Source of the DNA: Naegleria gruberi
Lineage: Eukaryota
Assembly: GCA_000004985.1 (NCBI GenBank)
Contig: GG738848.1
DNA length: 64,000 nucleotides
Reading direction: 5' to 3' (one strand)
This document shows, in pieces, positions 24,712-35,502 of this stretch. How positions within the stretch are numbered: position 1 is the first letter of the stretch; each line of letters begins with the position of its first letter. The notes below the pieces were generated by a model, which was not told the origin of the DNA, did not search any database, and saw only the letters and a program-made list of their open reading frames with translations. The position numbers were made by a program, and so were the translations under genes.

Positions 24712-27083
24712 ATGTCTCGTGTTCAACCAATCACTGAGAATGGTGCAGTAGAAACAACCACACCTTATACACCAAGGAAGATTATTGAAAGCAAATCCAA
24801 AGTTCTCAACTTTTTAACCTCTATCAAATTTACTCTGACACTAATAATATTTCTGGTGATATTGTCATGTACAATAGTGTTCGATTCTATTTGGATGTCT
24901 GTCTTTGCAGGCGAAGTGAGTAAATTAAGTGAGAATGTGAGAAAATCAGAGTTTAATTTAATAATATCCAACACTGAGAGATCCATTAAGAAAGTGGTGT
25001 TGGCTTCGGAATTGGCAAAATCTCAACTTTATTCTGGTTTTGACTTCTCAAATGAAACCCAGTCTATGTCTCATACTTTTAGAATGCACAAAGCTATCAA
25101 ATCACATTTGAATGATCTACATATGCTCCTAGTTGGTGATTCCAATGGAAATATGTATGGAATAGAGCTGGAAGAAACCTCAGTAATGTTCACCATTGTA
25201 AACCAAGAAAAGGATCAAAGTTATTGGAATTGTACAGATCCAGATAAAAATGACGAATGTATTCACGGTGATTTTCCAGAGAGAGTTGAACCCTATTCGG
25301 ATTATACTTTCATTCCTCAGATAGCATCCAATAATCAAGGAAGGACGCTTTTCTCACCACCATTTATTGATTCACATTCTAATCAATTGAGTATTGCTTG
25401 CACTAGTATTTTAGCCATTCCTCCCTCATCCAAAACCATTAACTTTGTAACCATGCTTTGAATCTTGGGGAGTTTTTTGAGTTTCTTCATGAACAAGCAG
25501 ATAATATTCTAGAGGCTATTGCATTTGTCTTTGATACAAAATCCAGACTCTTGATTGTCTCTAGTAGTAAACAGAAGTTCTCTTCTGAGAGTTCCTCCAC
25601 ACTGAAAACATTCTCTGATGTTGGGGGAAGAATAGAAATAATTGGAAATCAAGTGGCAGCTCAGTTCAATAATGACTTGCAAAATTTTCCATGCAACACT
25701 AACTTGACTTTTGTGTTTGATCTTGTTACCTATGTATCTGTAGGAAGAATGTGTAATGAAGAAGGAATTGATTGGATATTTGTATATGATGTTCCTCAAT
25801 GGAATTACATGGGTTATACTACTCACCTTATTGCTTCGGGTAATGGGTCAATTGGGCTGTTGATAACCATGTTTATTCTGGCGTTTATATTTTCCAGTAT
25901 AGTTGTTAAGCCATTCAAAACGTTGATAGCATCGTTTGAATTGGTTTCGAATATGCAACTGGATAATTTTCAACTTTCGCCATCACTCATTTCTGAAGTG
26001 AAATCCTTGCAAGTTCACTTTATAGGTATGGTGGAAAGAATTAGATTGTACAGAAAGTTTATTCCAAGTCACTTGTTGAGTAAGTTGGACAACAACAATT
26101 CAGAAGATGATGTTGAGAATGTTGAAACATCTTTACAAGAAAAACCACAGGATTCACCTTTCTCAAATTCTCATTCAAGCAGTCTTTCAAGAAAACATCC
26201 CAAACAACAACCTTCAGATAATGTATTCTCGCTTTATTTGGAGAATAAGAAAGTTACAGTAGTGGCAGTGTTTTTGGACGGTGTCAATAACTTGTTCAAC
26301 AATGCCAATCCAAAAGAGTGTCTTTCCATTTTGACAGATGTTTTTGATGTAATTAACTATGTAGCAAAGATTAGTAATGGACAAGTTGGTAAATTTGAAA
26401 ATGAAACAGTTACAATTCTCTTCAATGCTTCAGGTGATCAACATAAACATGAAATGAAGGGTCTTCAATGCTGTCACTCCTTATTGAAGAAATTGATAAC
26501 TTTACAGGAAAATAAGCTATCACAGCATATTGTTTATGAGAATAATCCGACATTGAATTTAGATTTCCATATTGTTGCAACAACTCAAGAATGTATGTGT
26601 GGTAATGTGGGAACAAAGGAGATTATGAACTTTGGTGTTTTTGGAAGTGTTCAATACAATATTCAAGGCATGATTGAAACTACAAAAGAGTTGGATATTC
26701 CAATAGTTATTTCTCATGAATTATTCCAGAAAATTGACAACAAATTTCAAGTTAGATTTGTTGATTTTAAGAATTTTGTGTTGGATGATTATTATTCATA
26801 TCCAAACATTGCAGATAAAAGTCAAATTCACACACCAAGAAAAGTTTACGAATTGGGTGAAAGTATTAACAATGAAGCTGATGAATGGATGTATGAATTG
26901 AATGCAAAGGAGAAGAATGAACAATGGAATATTTACAATGAAGCATCACAAGAATATTTCAATGAGAATTTCAATAATGCTGCCACCTTACTTTCAACAT
27001 ATTTACAAAATAATGCAAGTGACAAAGTTGCTATCCATTTGAAGAAAAATTGTGAAAAGAGAATGACCATTGCAGATCTATAA
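24712..27083 (+). CDS. Receptor-like membrane protein of about 790 aa. The layout is cytoplasmic N-terminus, TM, a roughly 310-aa ectodomain, TM, a HAMP-like linker, and a degenerate class-III cyclase-homology domain (pseudo-cyclase). It is built from two abutting ORFs with an unresolved frame break near 25446-25482.
   Basis: ORF 24712..25461 has TM FTLTLIIFLVILSCTIVF. ORF 25458..27083 has TM IGLLITMFILAFIFSSIVV, then VTVVAVFLDGVNNLF...FHIVATTQECMCGNVGTKEIMNFGVFGSVQYNIQGMIET. This is collinear with the cyclase motifs VTILFSDIVGFT...IRIGIHSGPVVAGVVG..RYCLFGDTVNTASRMES. The second metal Asp and the Asn/Arg transition-state residues are substituted. A 35-nt GTAACC..TTTTTTGAG intron would join the two ORFs in frame; alternatively there is a frameshift. 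Confidence 0.5.
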
Positions 27084-27165
27084 ACAATTTTTATAAACTC
27101 TAATTGCGGATTGGTATTTAAGACAGAGGACTGATTGTAAAAGGATAATTTCGAATAAGAAAAAA

Positions 27166-28955
27166 ATGAAAAGACAATTTCAAGATGTCTCCTCGGCTAA
27201 TACTGTTGATACCACACTGAAAAAAGTGAAAGAAAATCCACATGATGATGCGTATTCACTTCTTGATCAATTATCGGAAGAATGCATTGAATCAGTGTTG
27301 GTGTTTTTAGGAGTTTTGAAGAAGGTATTCCATGACAAGATTAAAATGGAAAATGATGAAGACAATGATGATGATGATGATTATACTGGGTTAATTGTAA
27401 AGGGAATTGATAGAAATCAATTTGCGAAACATGCAGTGGTTAACTGGCAACAATTGAGGAATATTAGTTTAGTTTCAAAGAACTTATTCTCTAAATGTGC
27501 TCCTTTCATGTTTGAGCACGAGACTAGGCAAGTTACAAACCAAGTATTTGATAACATTTTTTCAAACCTATTGAAGCTCAGTTGAAAATGCTCGAATGTA
27601 AAATGACTTCAGACAAGTTGAAATTGAAAAAGATTAAACAATGGGAACAGTGGTTTGCTGGTGAGATTGGCCATCTTCACAAGGTACAATCCGTTGAATC
27701 ACAAAATGAATTGAAGGAAAAGGTTTTGAATAGAGCAAGCTATTCATTTAAGAATAGTAATCAGCAAATGAATGGAAGATGGGAAATTTCTGCATACTGC
27801 CACTTGATGGAAGATTTACATTTACATCATGCATTTGAATGTGATTATGATAGTTGCAGTTTTACTATTGGTTTGTTTGGAGATCTTGATCAAGTCAACC
27901 AGTCGATTAAGGAAGATTTAATGAAATATTTAGATCTTCCTAATAATACAAGTTTTAAGAGTGAAGATAGTGATGAAGATTTCTATGACGAAGAAGAAGA
28001 AGAAGACAATAGAAAGTACAATCCAGTTGAACTAATGACCTCTCAATATGTTAACAGCTCAGTTAACACCTGTGTTCTCAATTATATCAGAGAAAAGCTT
28101 GGAATTTCTTCTCAAGTCACTAATTTAGAGCTTGTTGCTGCTTTGGTTTATATCTTTCCCTATGATATTTCTGTAAAATCATCAGATATTGTCTACGAAG
28201 ATGTTCAATTTAACGACGAGGAAGTTGAGATTGATTTTACACTCAACCATACTCCAAAGAAAAGTAAGGAAAGGACATATAATGAAGAAACAGATAAGGA
28301 TATATGTTGCAAACCTTGTGAAGGTCGTTCTATTTTTGATATTGGAAATGATATGTTGCTTCAAATCCTTTCCTTTTTAAGATTTAGATATGTTGCAACA
28401 CTCTCAGAAACAAGCAAGACATTTTACAGTGCTTATTTAAGAAGTGGGTGGTCATTCCCAATTAGAATGGGTAAGGTTATCGATTCACTCTCTCCAATTC
28501 TAAACAAGCAAGGTATTGAGAGATCTCTTTCAGTTGTACGTGATGCCAGATACTATGCATTTAACACTCACCCTTATTTTGTTCAATATTTGGAAGTAAG
28601 ATATGAAAATATCGACTACCTATCCTCTGTTAAAACAGTAATGAAAGTTGGAAACCGTACTTATAGCTTTGAAGGATTTGATGATGAAGGATCAAGTCCT
28701 TATTTTACAATGGATGACATTACAAATGGGAAAGTTAAGAAATATTATCCTAAGGACCATGATTTTTACTGTTCAAATGGCGATCTAGTTGTGAGAGTGG
28801 AAGCCATTGCTACCCTAACCAACATGTTTGGATATATGGATGGTAAGGATTTAGTAGAGAAATTCTTGGAACTTCTTCCTTTTGAAAATTGGAGATATGT
28901 AAGTGAAATTAGAATTGGAGATGAGAAAAAGAAACCAAAGCCAAAGAGAAAATAA
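27166..28955 (+). CDS. F-box-like acidic protein. It is annotated as two abutting ORFs (27166..27585 and 27588..28955) that would fuse into one protein of about 595 aa with a 1-nt change in a T6 run.
   Basis: Both ORFs carry F-box-like helices (LRNISLVSKNLFSKC; DMLLQILSFLRFRYVATLSETSKTFYSAY) and acidic tracts (DEDNDDDDDY; DSDEDFYDEEEEEDNR). The first ORF's stop TGA lies 2 nt before the second ORF's ATG. Inserting one T in tttttt (about 27555) reads through in frame as ..IFFKPIEAQLKMLECKMT.. Confidence 0.4.
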
Positions 28956-28981
28956 ACTAAACTTAAGTAACCATGATTTAT

Positions 28982-29878
28982 TTACAAAGTTTGATGAATA
29001 TCACCAGGGAATAGAGGAATAATATCTGCAGAAACATGAGCAAATGAATCCCTGCCCAAAATTTCATCATAATGTGAGAGAGTTCCATGATGAACAATTA
29101 GAGTTTGCTTTGGAACTAATTTCTTATGGAGCTCAATGATATTTTGAGAATTGTTGGTAATGTTTCCAATAACATTAGTGGAAATATCACCAACAAATGG
29201 TGTTTTCTTCAATGATGCTTCTCCTCCATTAGTAATTACAAAATCAAATTGTTCTCTTGTCAATTCATCCACATCTTTGGCAATGTTTCTCTCATTAAAG
29301 ACTGAATCTCCAGTGACATAAAACTTAGTTTGATTTTCCTTAATTTTGACAATGTAACCATTAGCATTACCCATTGTAATATTGCCAAATTCTTCATTTT
29401 GTCCATGGATTGCATTCACTGAATGGATGGAAATGGTCAACCCTTTAACTTGAAGTTCCAAATCTTGTTGAGGATTCATCCAATGAACAACTCTGCCATC
29501 AAATGTGATATCCTCATGTTTGAATATTTGAGTCAATAGGAATTGAACACCTGGATGAGCAACGATAATAGATTTTGGATTTCCTTTCAAAATCTTTTCC
29601 AAGCCATATCTGTCTACGTGATCTTCGTGTCCATGAGTGAGAAGCCACAAATCAATATTGGTCAAATCATTTTCACCTTTGAGAGAAGGAGCATTCAAAC
29701 GCTCTGATTTGAACAAACCAAAATCAAAGACATGACCTTGTGGACAAAGCATTGGATCAATGGCAATTTGAACTGTTTCGTTTGAGTTTTCAGTTGTTGT
29801 TTCATAGACAAAGGTAGCTCCACCAATTGATCTAATGGTACCTTTTGGAAGTTGTTCTGTACTTGTTGCTGTGCTCAT
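28982..29878 (-). CDS. Metallo-beta-lactamase-fold hydrolase.
   Basis: HxHxDH motif LLTHGHEDHVD with downstream His/Asp ligands. The start is taken at the internal Met (MSTATSTEQ..., 29878) because it has an A/T-rich upstream context. The ORF track extends 53 codons further upstream to 30037, probably 5'UTR. Confidence 0.6.
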   Translation of the reverse strand: MSTATSTEQLPKGTIRSIGGATFVYETTTENSNETVQIAIDPMLCPQGHVFDFGLFKSERLNAPSLKGENDLTNIDLWLLTHGHEDHVDRYGLEKILKGNPKSIIVAHPGVQFLLTQIFKHEDITFDGRVVHWMNPQQDLELQVKGLTISIHSVNAIHGQNEEFGNITMGNANGYIVKIKENQTKFYVTGDSVFNERNIAKDVDELTREQFDFVITNGGEASLKKTPFVGDISTNVIGNITNNSQNIIELHKKLVPKQTLIVHHGTLSHYDEILGRDSFAHVSADIIPLFPGDIHQTL

Positions 29879-30267
29879 GTTTTTTTGATTTAGGTAATCA
29901 TTTAGCAGTGCAATAGTTTGTAAAATAGGTTTACGGATATGAAAAAGTTTCGGTTTTTGAGCGTGCGGACTTTTTTTCCCTCCAAACTTTAACTTCAATC
30001 CCTTAGTGTTTCGAAAGAGATTACAGTCCTCGACCATTCTACTGCCTTTGACAGTAAATTATTACTGGCTGACACAGTAGTCAATCAGCCGAAATCTGGA
30101 TGCAATATTAAAAATGAAATTACAATTTGTTTTTTTTAATTTTTAAAGAATAATAACTGTACACAAAGATTTTATCTTTTGGAATAGGAAGGATGGAAGA
30201 GGAAAGAGATTGGAATATTCTCTCGATTATAAATTAATAATTTTGTAAACATGACACTAGATTTTTC

Positions 30268-31268
30268 TTATCCACAACATGATTTCTTCTTCTTTTCGTT
30301 GGATGTATTTTGATTTTGATCAATTCTAACAGTACCAGAGTTGGATGTTTTTGGCTTTTCTTCTTCAGTTGACTTTTTAGTGTTTGAAGGAGAGCTATCT
30401 TCGACTATTGGTTCTACTTCTCCAGAATCAATTAATCTGGATTTAATTTCTCTAGCAATAGTAAAGAAAGCTTCCTCCACATTAATATTGTTTTTAGCAC
30501 TGGTTTCCATGAATGGAATTCCATAACTCTTGGCCAATGATTGTCCTCTTTCTGTTTCCACAATTTTCTTTTCGATTAAATCACACTTATTTCCGATCAA
30601 CATCTTATTGACATTATCAGCTGCATGTTCTTCTATATTTTTCATCCAATTTCTAATGTTCAAGAATGATTGTTCATCAGTAACGTCATAAGTTAACATA
30701 ATACCCATAGCACCTCTATATTATTATTATTATTAAATTAATATTTAGACAAATGACTATTATTCTTACCTATAATACGCTGTTGTAATAGTTCTAAATC
30801 TCTCTTGTCCAGCACTAAATAATTATCATCATTTCATGTTGTTGTATTATTATTTTACTTACGTATCCCAAATTTGTAATTTTACTCGCTTTCCATCTAA
30901 TTCAATAGTTCTTATTTTGAAATCAATACCGATGGTAGTTATAAAGTTTGTTGTAAAAGTGTCATCACTAAATCTGAGAAGCAGACAACTCTTTCCCACA
31001 CCTACATGATTTTAAATTTGTTATTTTTGTTGTTATTTCATCATCATCATACAAGTATTAATATCATATAATATTATACAAATAATATCATCATCATTCC
31101 GTCATCAATTCCAACGTAGGCAATTTAAATTTTAAAAAACAAAATAATCCACCCACACTCAACTTGATTAAAATCCAGTGTATACTTACCACTATCTCCA
31201 ATGAGCAATAATTTACAAAGGTAATCATACTGTGCGTTACCAGATCGTGATGGTGGAGGGACTGACAT
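30268..31268 (-). CDS. rab8: Rab8-family small GTPase in 4 exons: 31268..~31188, ~30992..~30862, ~30814..~30772 and 30715..30268.
   Basis: The spliced product is [129 protein letters not shown]. The effector and switch regions match Rab8/Sec4. The protein ends in a C-terminal Cys motif. GTAAGT donors and AG acceptors bound each exon. Confidence 0.8.
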
Positions 31269-31715
31269 GACGATTTTCTATTAATTTTTTAAAATAAAAA
31301 TTTAAACGTTGGAAATGACGAGGCAAACAAGATGATGGAAAAATGCCCATTTGATGACTAAAAAATAAATATTCGCAGCTCATCACCCGTTGAAAATGTT
31401 GAAGTTTGTTGTGTTGAAATCATGTCTCTCTTGACATTAAACAAGTGTACGATTAAAATGGATATCGGAAGATGGTGTGTTGGCATATCCAATGAAAATA
31501 TTCGAATTGGGTATTTTTTATTGTAAGATAGTATGAATTTTGAAATTGAATCAATATAGTCATGAAATATTTCAATAGGAATACTGATTCAATTCTTTAA
31601 TCAGTTTCATTTCCTTCTTATTAAGACGATGAGGATTAGCTTTGATTTTCTGAATAACAATAGGACTACTTTCGTTTATCTTTAATTATTATATTGTAAC
31701 AATTTTAAATAGAAT

Positions 31716-34700
31716 TTACATGTCTTCCCAATCGTCGTCGTCATCCATATCATCATATGGATTACCAATATCCAATCCATGAGCTGTATTGCTCAAAACA
31801 AGTACTAATTGGAAAACGTACTTGTTAAAGAATTTTCCTGGTTCTCTCTCAATGACTGTTGGTTGGTGGAATGTTGGTTCAAACAAATTATAGTCTAGTT
31901 CTGAATCAATATATGGTGTATCTTCAAGGTCCATTTCGATTTCAGATTTCCTCTCATATTTTCCAATTTGAACGCTATCCATATCGAAGGATTCATTTGC
32001 AAATAAATATTTAACTTTGTAGAGATCTGTTGGAATGAATTGATCAGTGAGATCAACTGCAAACAATCCACTCTTTCTTGATTTTGGCTTAATGTAAAAG
32101 TGAACATTATTCCCAAATGCATGAATGGTATCAGATGAAAAACAATCATCCACTAGAGTTTCTAATGGTGTAAGGATGGTTATTGTTTCGTGGTGAATTG
32201 GTCTTTCCTTTGAAATTTGTCTAGAGAGCCAAGGATGCTTGTTACTTAAATAATTGAGAGGATTATTTGGAAAGGTAGTTAATGGGTGGACTTGTTTCAT
32301 CTTCTTTTCAAGTAATTTAATACAAATAATAGTTCTATAATTGAACTCAGTCAATGATTTTTCATAAGGATCCTTGTTATAATAGACGTTATCTGAAACA
32401 AAATCATCTTTGAACTTGAACTTGTGGGTTTTCACATAATAATATGATGGATCAAAATTGAAATTCATAAACAAAACTTTGACTTGCAAATGGTCCAATT
32501 GTAAGCTGATTTCATCTGGATTCGTAGAATGTACTGAATCCAAATGTAATGAGGTTCTCACCTCTCCAAGATACTCTCCATTCTGAATACTGAGATACCA
32601 CTTGAAACCAAAGGCTTCAAAAGTATGAGACTTGATCTTTTTAAAGAGCTCCACGTTGAAACCATGGGAAATATCAATACAATCCACATATGTATTCTTA
32701 TCTGCCCATGCAGGATCCACTGCTATGGAAACCCTCTCCCTTGTTGGAATTGATACATCTAGTGGATCAACTTTACGGAAAGCTTCCTTTTCTTTCTTCA
32801 CTTTAGCGGAAAGATTAGTGAAAGGATTATAAATATGTTGAATGCTACTGAACTTTTCAAAGTATTGTGCCATAACTGCAGGGCAATTAATGTTAAAACA
32901 GTATGCAGATGTGATGGCATGACAAAATTCAGAAAATGATGGAGTACTAGTTATTTCCATGGAAAAAGAAATGGTGGAAAGGATTAGAAACAAATCTGGG
33001 AAGGAGAATATTTGTAATAAACAGTCTTTTTCTCTGACACATCTTTCCATGAACTTGGTAACTGTTTTGACTAATTGTGGATTAACCATGAATAAAGCTT
33101 GTGGCAGTGAGCTAGAAATCTTGGATATTGTATCCAAGTCATTCAAATCCAGTAAAATAGACAGTATTGCTAGTACTATTCCATAACTTGCTCCCTTGAT
33201 AAATGGTTCAATTGAATTTGAGCAGCAAAACTGTAATCTAGCTATTTGCTCTTGGCTGAGTATTCCTTCATTCAATCTAGCAAAAACAGAATTGACAAAT
33301 TTTAACATGTCATTTTGGTGTAGAGGCATAAAGTCACTATTCGTTGATAGCAATAGGTAATAGAAAAGCCAAAACTCATTGTCACGCTCAAGACGTAATC
33401 CTTTCTCTTTCAAAAGAGTCAAAACAGAGCAAGCACAAAGGTTCAATTCTATCAGTTTTCTCTCCTTCATCAATTTGGTAAAGTGAGTTGTGTGTAATTC
33501 TTGGAAAAGAGTATCTATTGACTTGTACGTTTCCATCATTAGCCTGCTTTTAAGTTCCTCATTGACTGTGGAATAGGCTTTTTCAAAATCAAATTTTCTT
33601 TCCTTAATTTTAGATGAGAACATGTGGAAATTTCTTTCGTATTCTAGGAGAGATATTTCATTACAATCCTTAAATTCTCTACAGTCTATTACCATTAAAT
33701 TTCTCAAATTTTCCATTGAGGTGAAGTGGTGAGTGATAGAATTGGTTAAAAACTTGGATCCACCAATTAACAATTCTTCTATTGGAGAATCCTTTGTACA
33801 AATAGTGGCAACTGTTTCATTTTGCAAACATTCCATCTTGAGCTTGAGTATTCTTAGATTTTTGAGTGCCAAAATATTATTGATAAAACCAGTATAACTC
33901 GGATCAACAATGTGGGAAAAGACTTCCAAATTATTTAAGGAGAGTGGCAGGACAATATCATTTGGGAGGCAAACATTCAAAGAAAGTTCCAAGTTTTTGA
34001 GCGTCTTGAATTGTGTAAGATCCATATCGCTATCATAGACCATTTTGAGAGATTTGATATTTTGCTTATTAGGAAGTAAATTTACAATATTACAAGTAAA
34101 TAATTTTCCAGAAACTGTTCTCAAGTTTGGTAAATGAATCTTGGAGCTGAGCGTAGCCGACAAGTTGTTATTTTCTGTCTCAAAATCCAAATTCAATGTT
34201 TCAATATTTGAGCATCTCTTTAAGAATGAGAAATCGAAATATTCTTCTTCTTCTCCTTGTAAATTGATTTCCTTGATGGCGTTGTCAACAATAATAGGTA
34301 CCAAAGAACCAGCACCACTATTCAAAGTACATGTAAGAGATTCCAAATGTTTCAAAGTTGAATTATTTGAAAGGGAATGGAGACATTTTGATGTGAACTT
34401 GACTTCCTCCACATCGAACACCAATTTCAGTTTCTTCAAGTTCTTTAAACAAACAATAGAATTTAACAATATATCATTCATTTCTAGCCCAGTACAATAC
34501 AAGCCTAGATAGGTCAACTTTTCTGAATAGATACCAAAGGGATTAATTGCTGATTTTGTATTGATACTATAAGGCAAAGAAATGGAAGATATATTGAGAG
34601 TAATTCCTTTTTTTTTGAAAATTGAAAAGAAAGAGCTTGACATGGTAGTGCATGATTCATCAAGAGTAACATGAAATGATGTTAATTTGGGCAATGATTC

Positions 34701-35396
34701 AATTAGTTCTATAGCAACATCATCTGATACTCCTTTAACACGTAAATCAGTTAAATTGGGACATTGCTTGCCTATACTTGCTACAAAGGTATCTGGTAGC
34801 TCGTAATCTAAAACTAATGTCTCCAAAGAAGGTGGAAATTTAAAGGTATCAAACTCAATATCTACGGCATCCTTTCCTATCAGTACTAATTTCTTCAGAT
34901 TTTCAAATGCTTCCATAGTCATATTCTGAAGTTCAAAGTCAATATCTCTAATCAACATCTCCTCAATAGTGTACAATGCTGGAATTTTCTTCTCTGCAAT
35001 GTCCTGTATAAAGTTGCCACACAGAGTATCATACCGTGCCAGATCTAACTTTTTAAGTTTACCACTCAAACTCTCCAACATTTTAAAAAGTGAAAAATCA
35101 TCCAGCTGTTGACAAAACCCATCATCATCAAGACTTTTCTCTGCTCCAATCTCTGTCAAATTGGCCAACTTGCAAAGAAAATGTTTGTAAATATTCTCAA
35201 ATCTGCCACATGCAATTCCGTATGGAATAGAGTAGCTTGTCTTGTATTTGATCCAGTAATCCCAAACCAATTTGTTAAAATATTGATTAGTTGTTTTAAG
35301 AGAAATTAGTGCCTTGTGATGAACAAAAGGAAGAAAGTGGTCAATTAGAATTTCTTCCGGAACACAAGCAAGTTGATGATCATCTCTTGATTGCAT
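31716..35396 (-). CDS. Large F-box/leucine-rich-repeat protein of 1226 aa.
   Basis: N-terminal F-box VPEEILIDHFLPFVHHKALISLKTTNQYFNKLVWDYW. Many LRR-like segments follow (LKNLKKLKLVF, LKHLESLTCTL, LPNLRTVSGKL, LKNLRILKLKM...). The C-terminus is acidic, ending DDMDDDDDWEDM. Confidence 0.6.
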   Translation of the reverse strand: MQSRDDHQLACVPEEILIDHFLPFVHHKALISLKTTNQYFNKLVWDYWIKYKTSYSIPYGIACGRFENIYKHFLCKLANLTEIGAEKSLDDDGFCQQLDDFSLFKMLESLSGKLKKLDLARYDTLCGNFIQDIAEKKIPALYTIEEMLIRDIDFELQNMTMEAFENLKKLVLIGKDAVDIEFDTFKFPPSLETLVLDYELPDTFVASIGKQCPNLTDLRVKGVSDDVAIELIESLPKLTSFHVTLDESCTTMSSSFFSIFKKKGITLNISSISLPYSINTKSAINPFGIYSEKLTYLGLYCTGLEMNDILLNSIVCLKNLKKLKLVFDVEEVKFTSKCLHSLSNNSTLKHLESLTCTLNSGAGSLVPIIVDNAIKEINLQGEEEEYFDFSFLKRCSNIETLNLDFETENNNLSATLSSKIHLPNLRTVSGKLFTCNIVNLLPNKQNIKSLKMVYDSDMDLTQFKTLKNLELSLNVCLPNDIVLPLSLNNLEVFSHIVDPSYTGFINNILALKNLRILKLKMECLQNETVATICTKDSPIEELLIGGSKFLTNSITHHFTSMENLRNLMVIDCREFKDCNEISLLEYERNFHMFSSKIKERKFDFEKAYSTVNEELKSRLMMETYKSIDTLFQELHTTHFTKLMKERKLIELNLCACSVLTLLKEKGLRLERDNEFWLFYYLLLSTNSDFMPLHQNDMLKFVNSVFARLNEGILSQEQIARLQFCCSNSIEPFIKGASYGIVLAILSILLDLNDLDTISKISSSLPQALFMVNPQLVKTVTKFMERCVREKDCLLQIFSFPDLFLILSTISFSMEITSTPSFSEFCHAITSAYCFNINCPAVMAQYFEKFSSIQHIYNPFTNLSAKVKKEKEAFRKVDPLDVSIPTRERVSIAVDPAWADKNTYVDCIDISHGFNVELFKKIKSHTFEAFGFKWYLSIQNGEYLGEVRTSLHLDSVHSTNPDEISLQLDHLQVKVLFMNFNFDPSYYYVKTHKFKFKDDFVSDNVYYNKDPYEKSLTEFNYRTIICIKLLEKKMKQVHPLTTFPNNPLNYLSNKHPWLSRQISKERPIHHETITILTPLETLVDDCFSSDTIHAFGNNVHFYIKPKSRKSGLFAVDLTDQFIPTDLYKVKYLFANESFDMDSVQIGKYERKSEIEMDLEDTPYIDSELDYNLFEPTFHQPTVIEREPGKFFNKYVFQLVLVLSNTAHGLDIGNPYDDMDDDDDWEDM

Positions 35397-35502
35397 TTTT
35401 TTTAAAATTATTTTTAAATCTAATTGTGGCGGGAATTTTCAATATTGAATAATAAAATAGGTATGAATGAGAATGAAAATAATTATTTTTATGGTATAAT
35501 AT

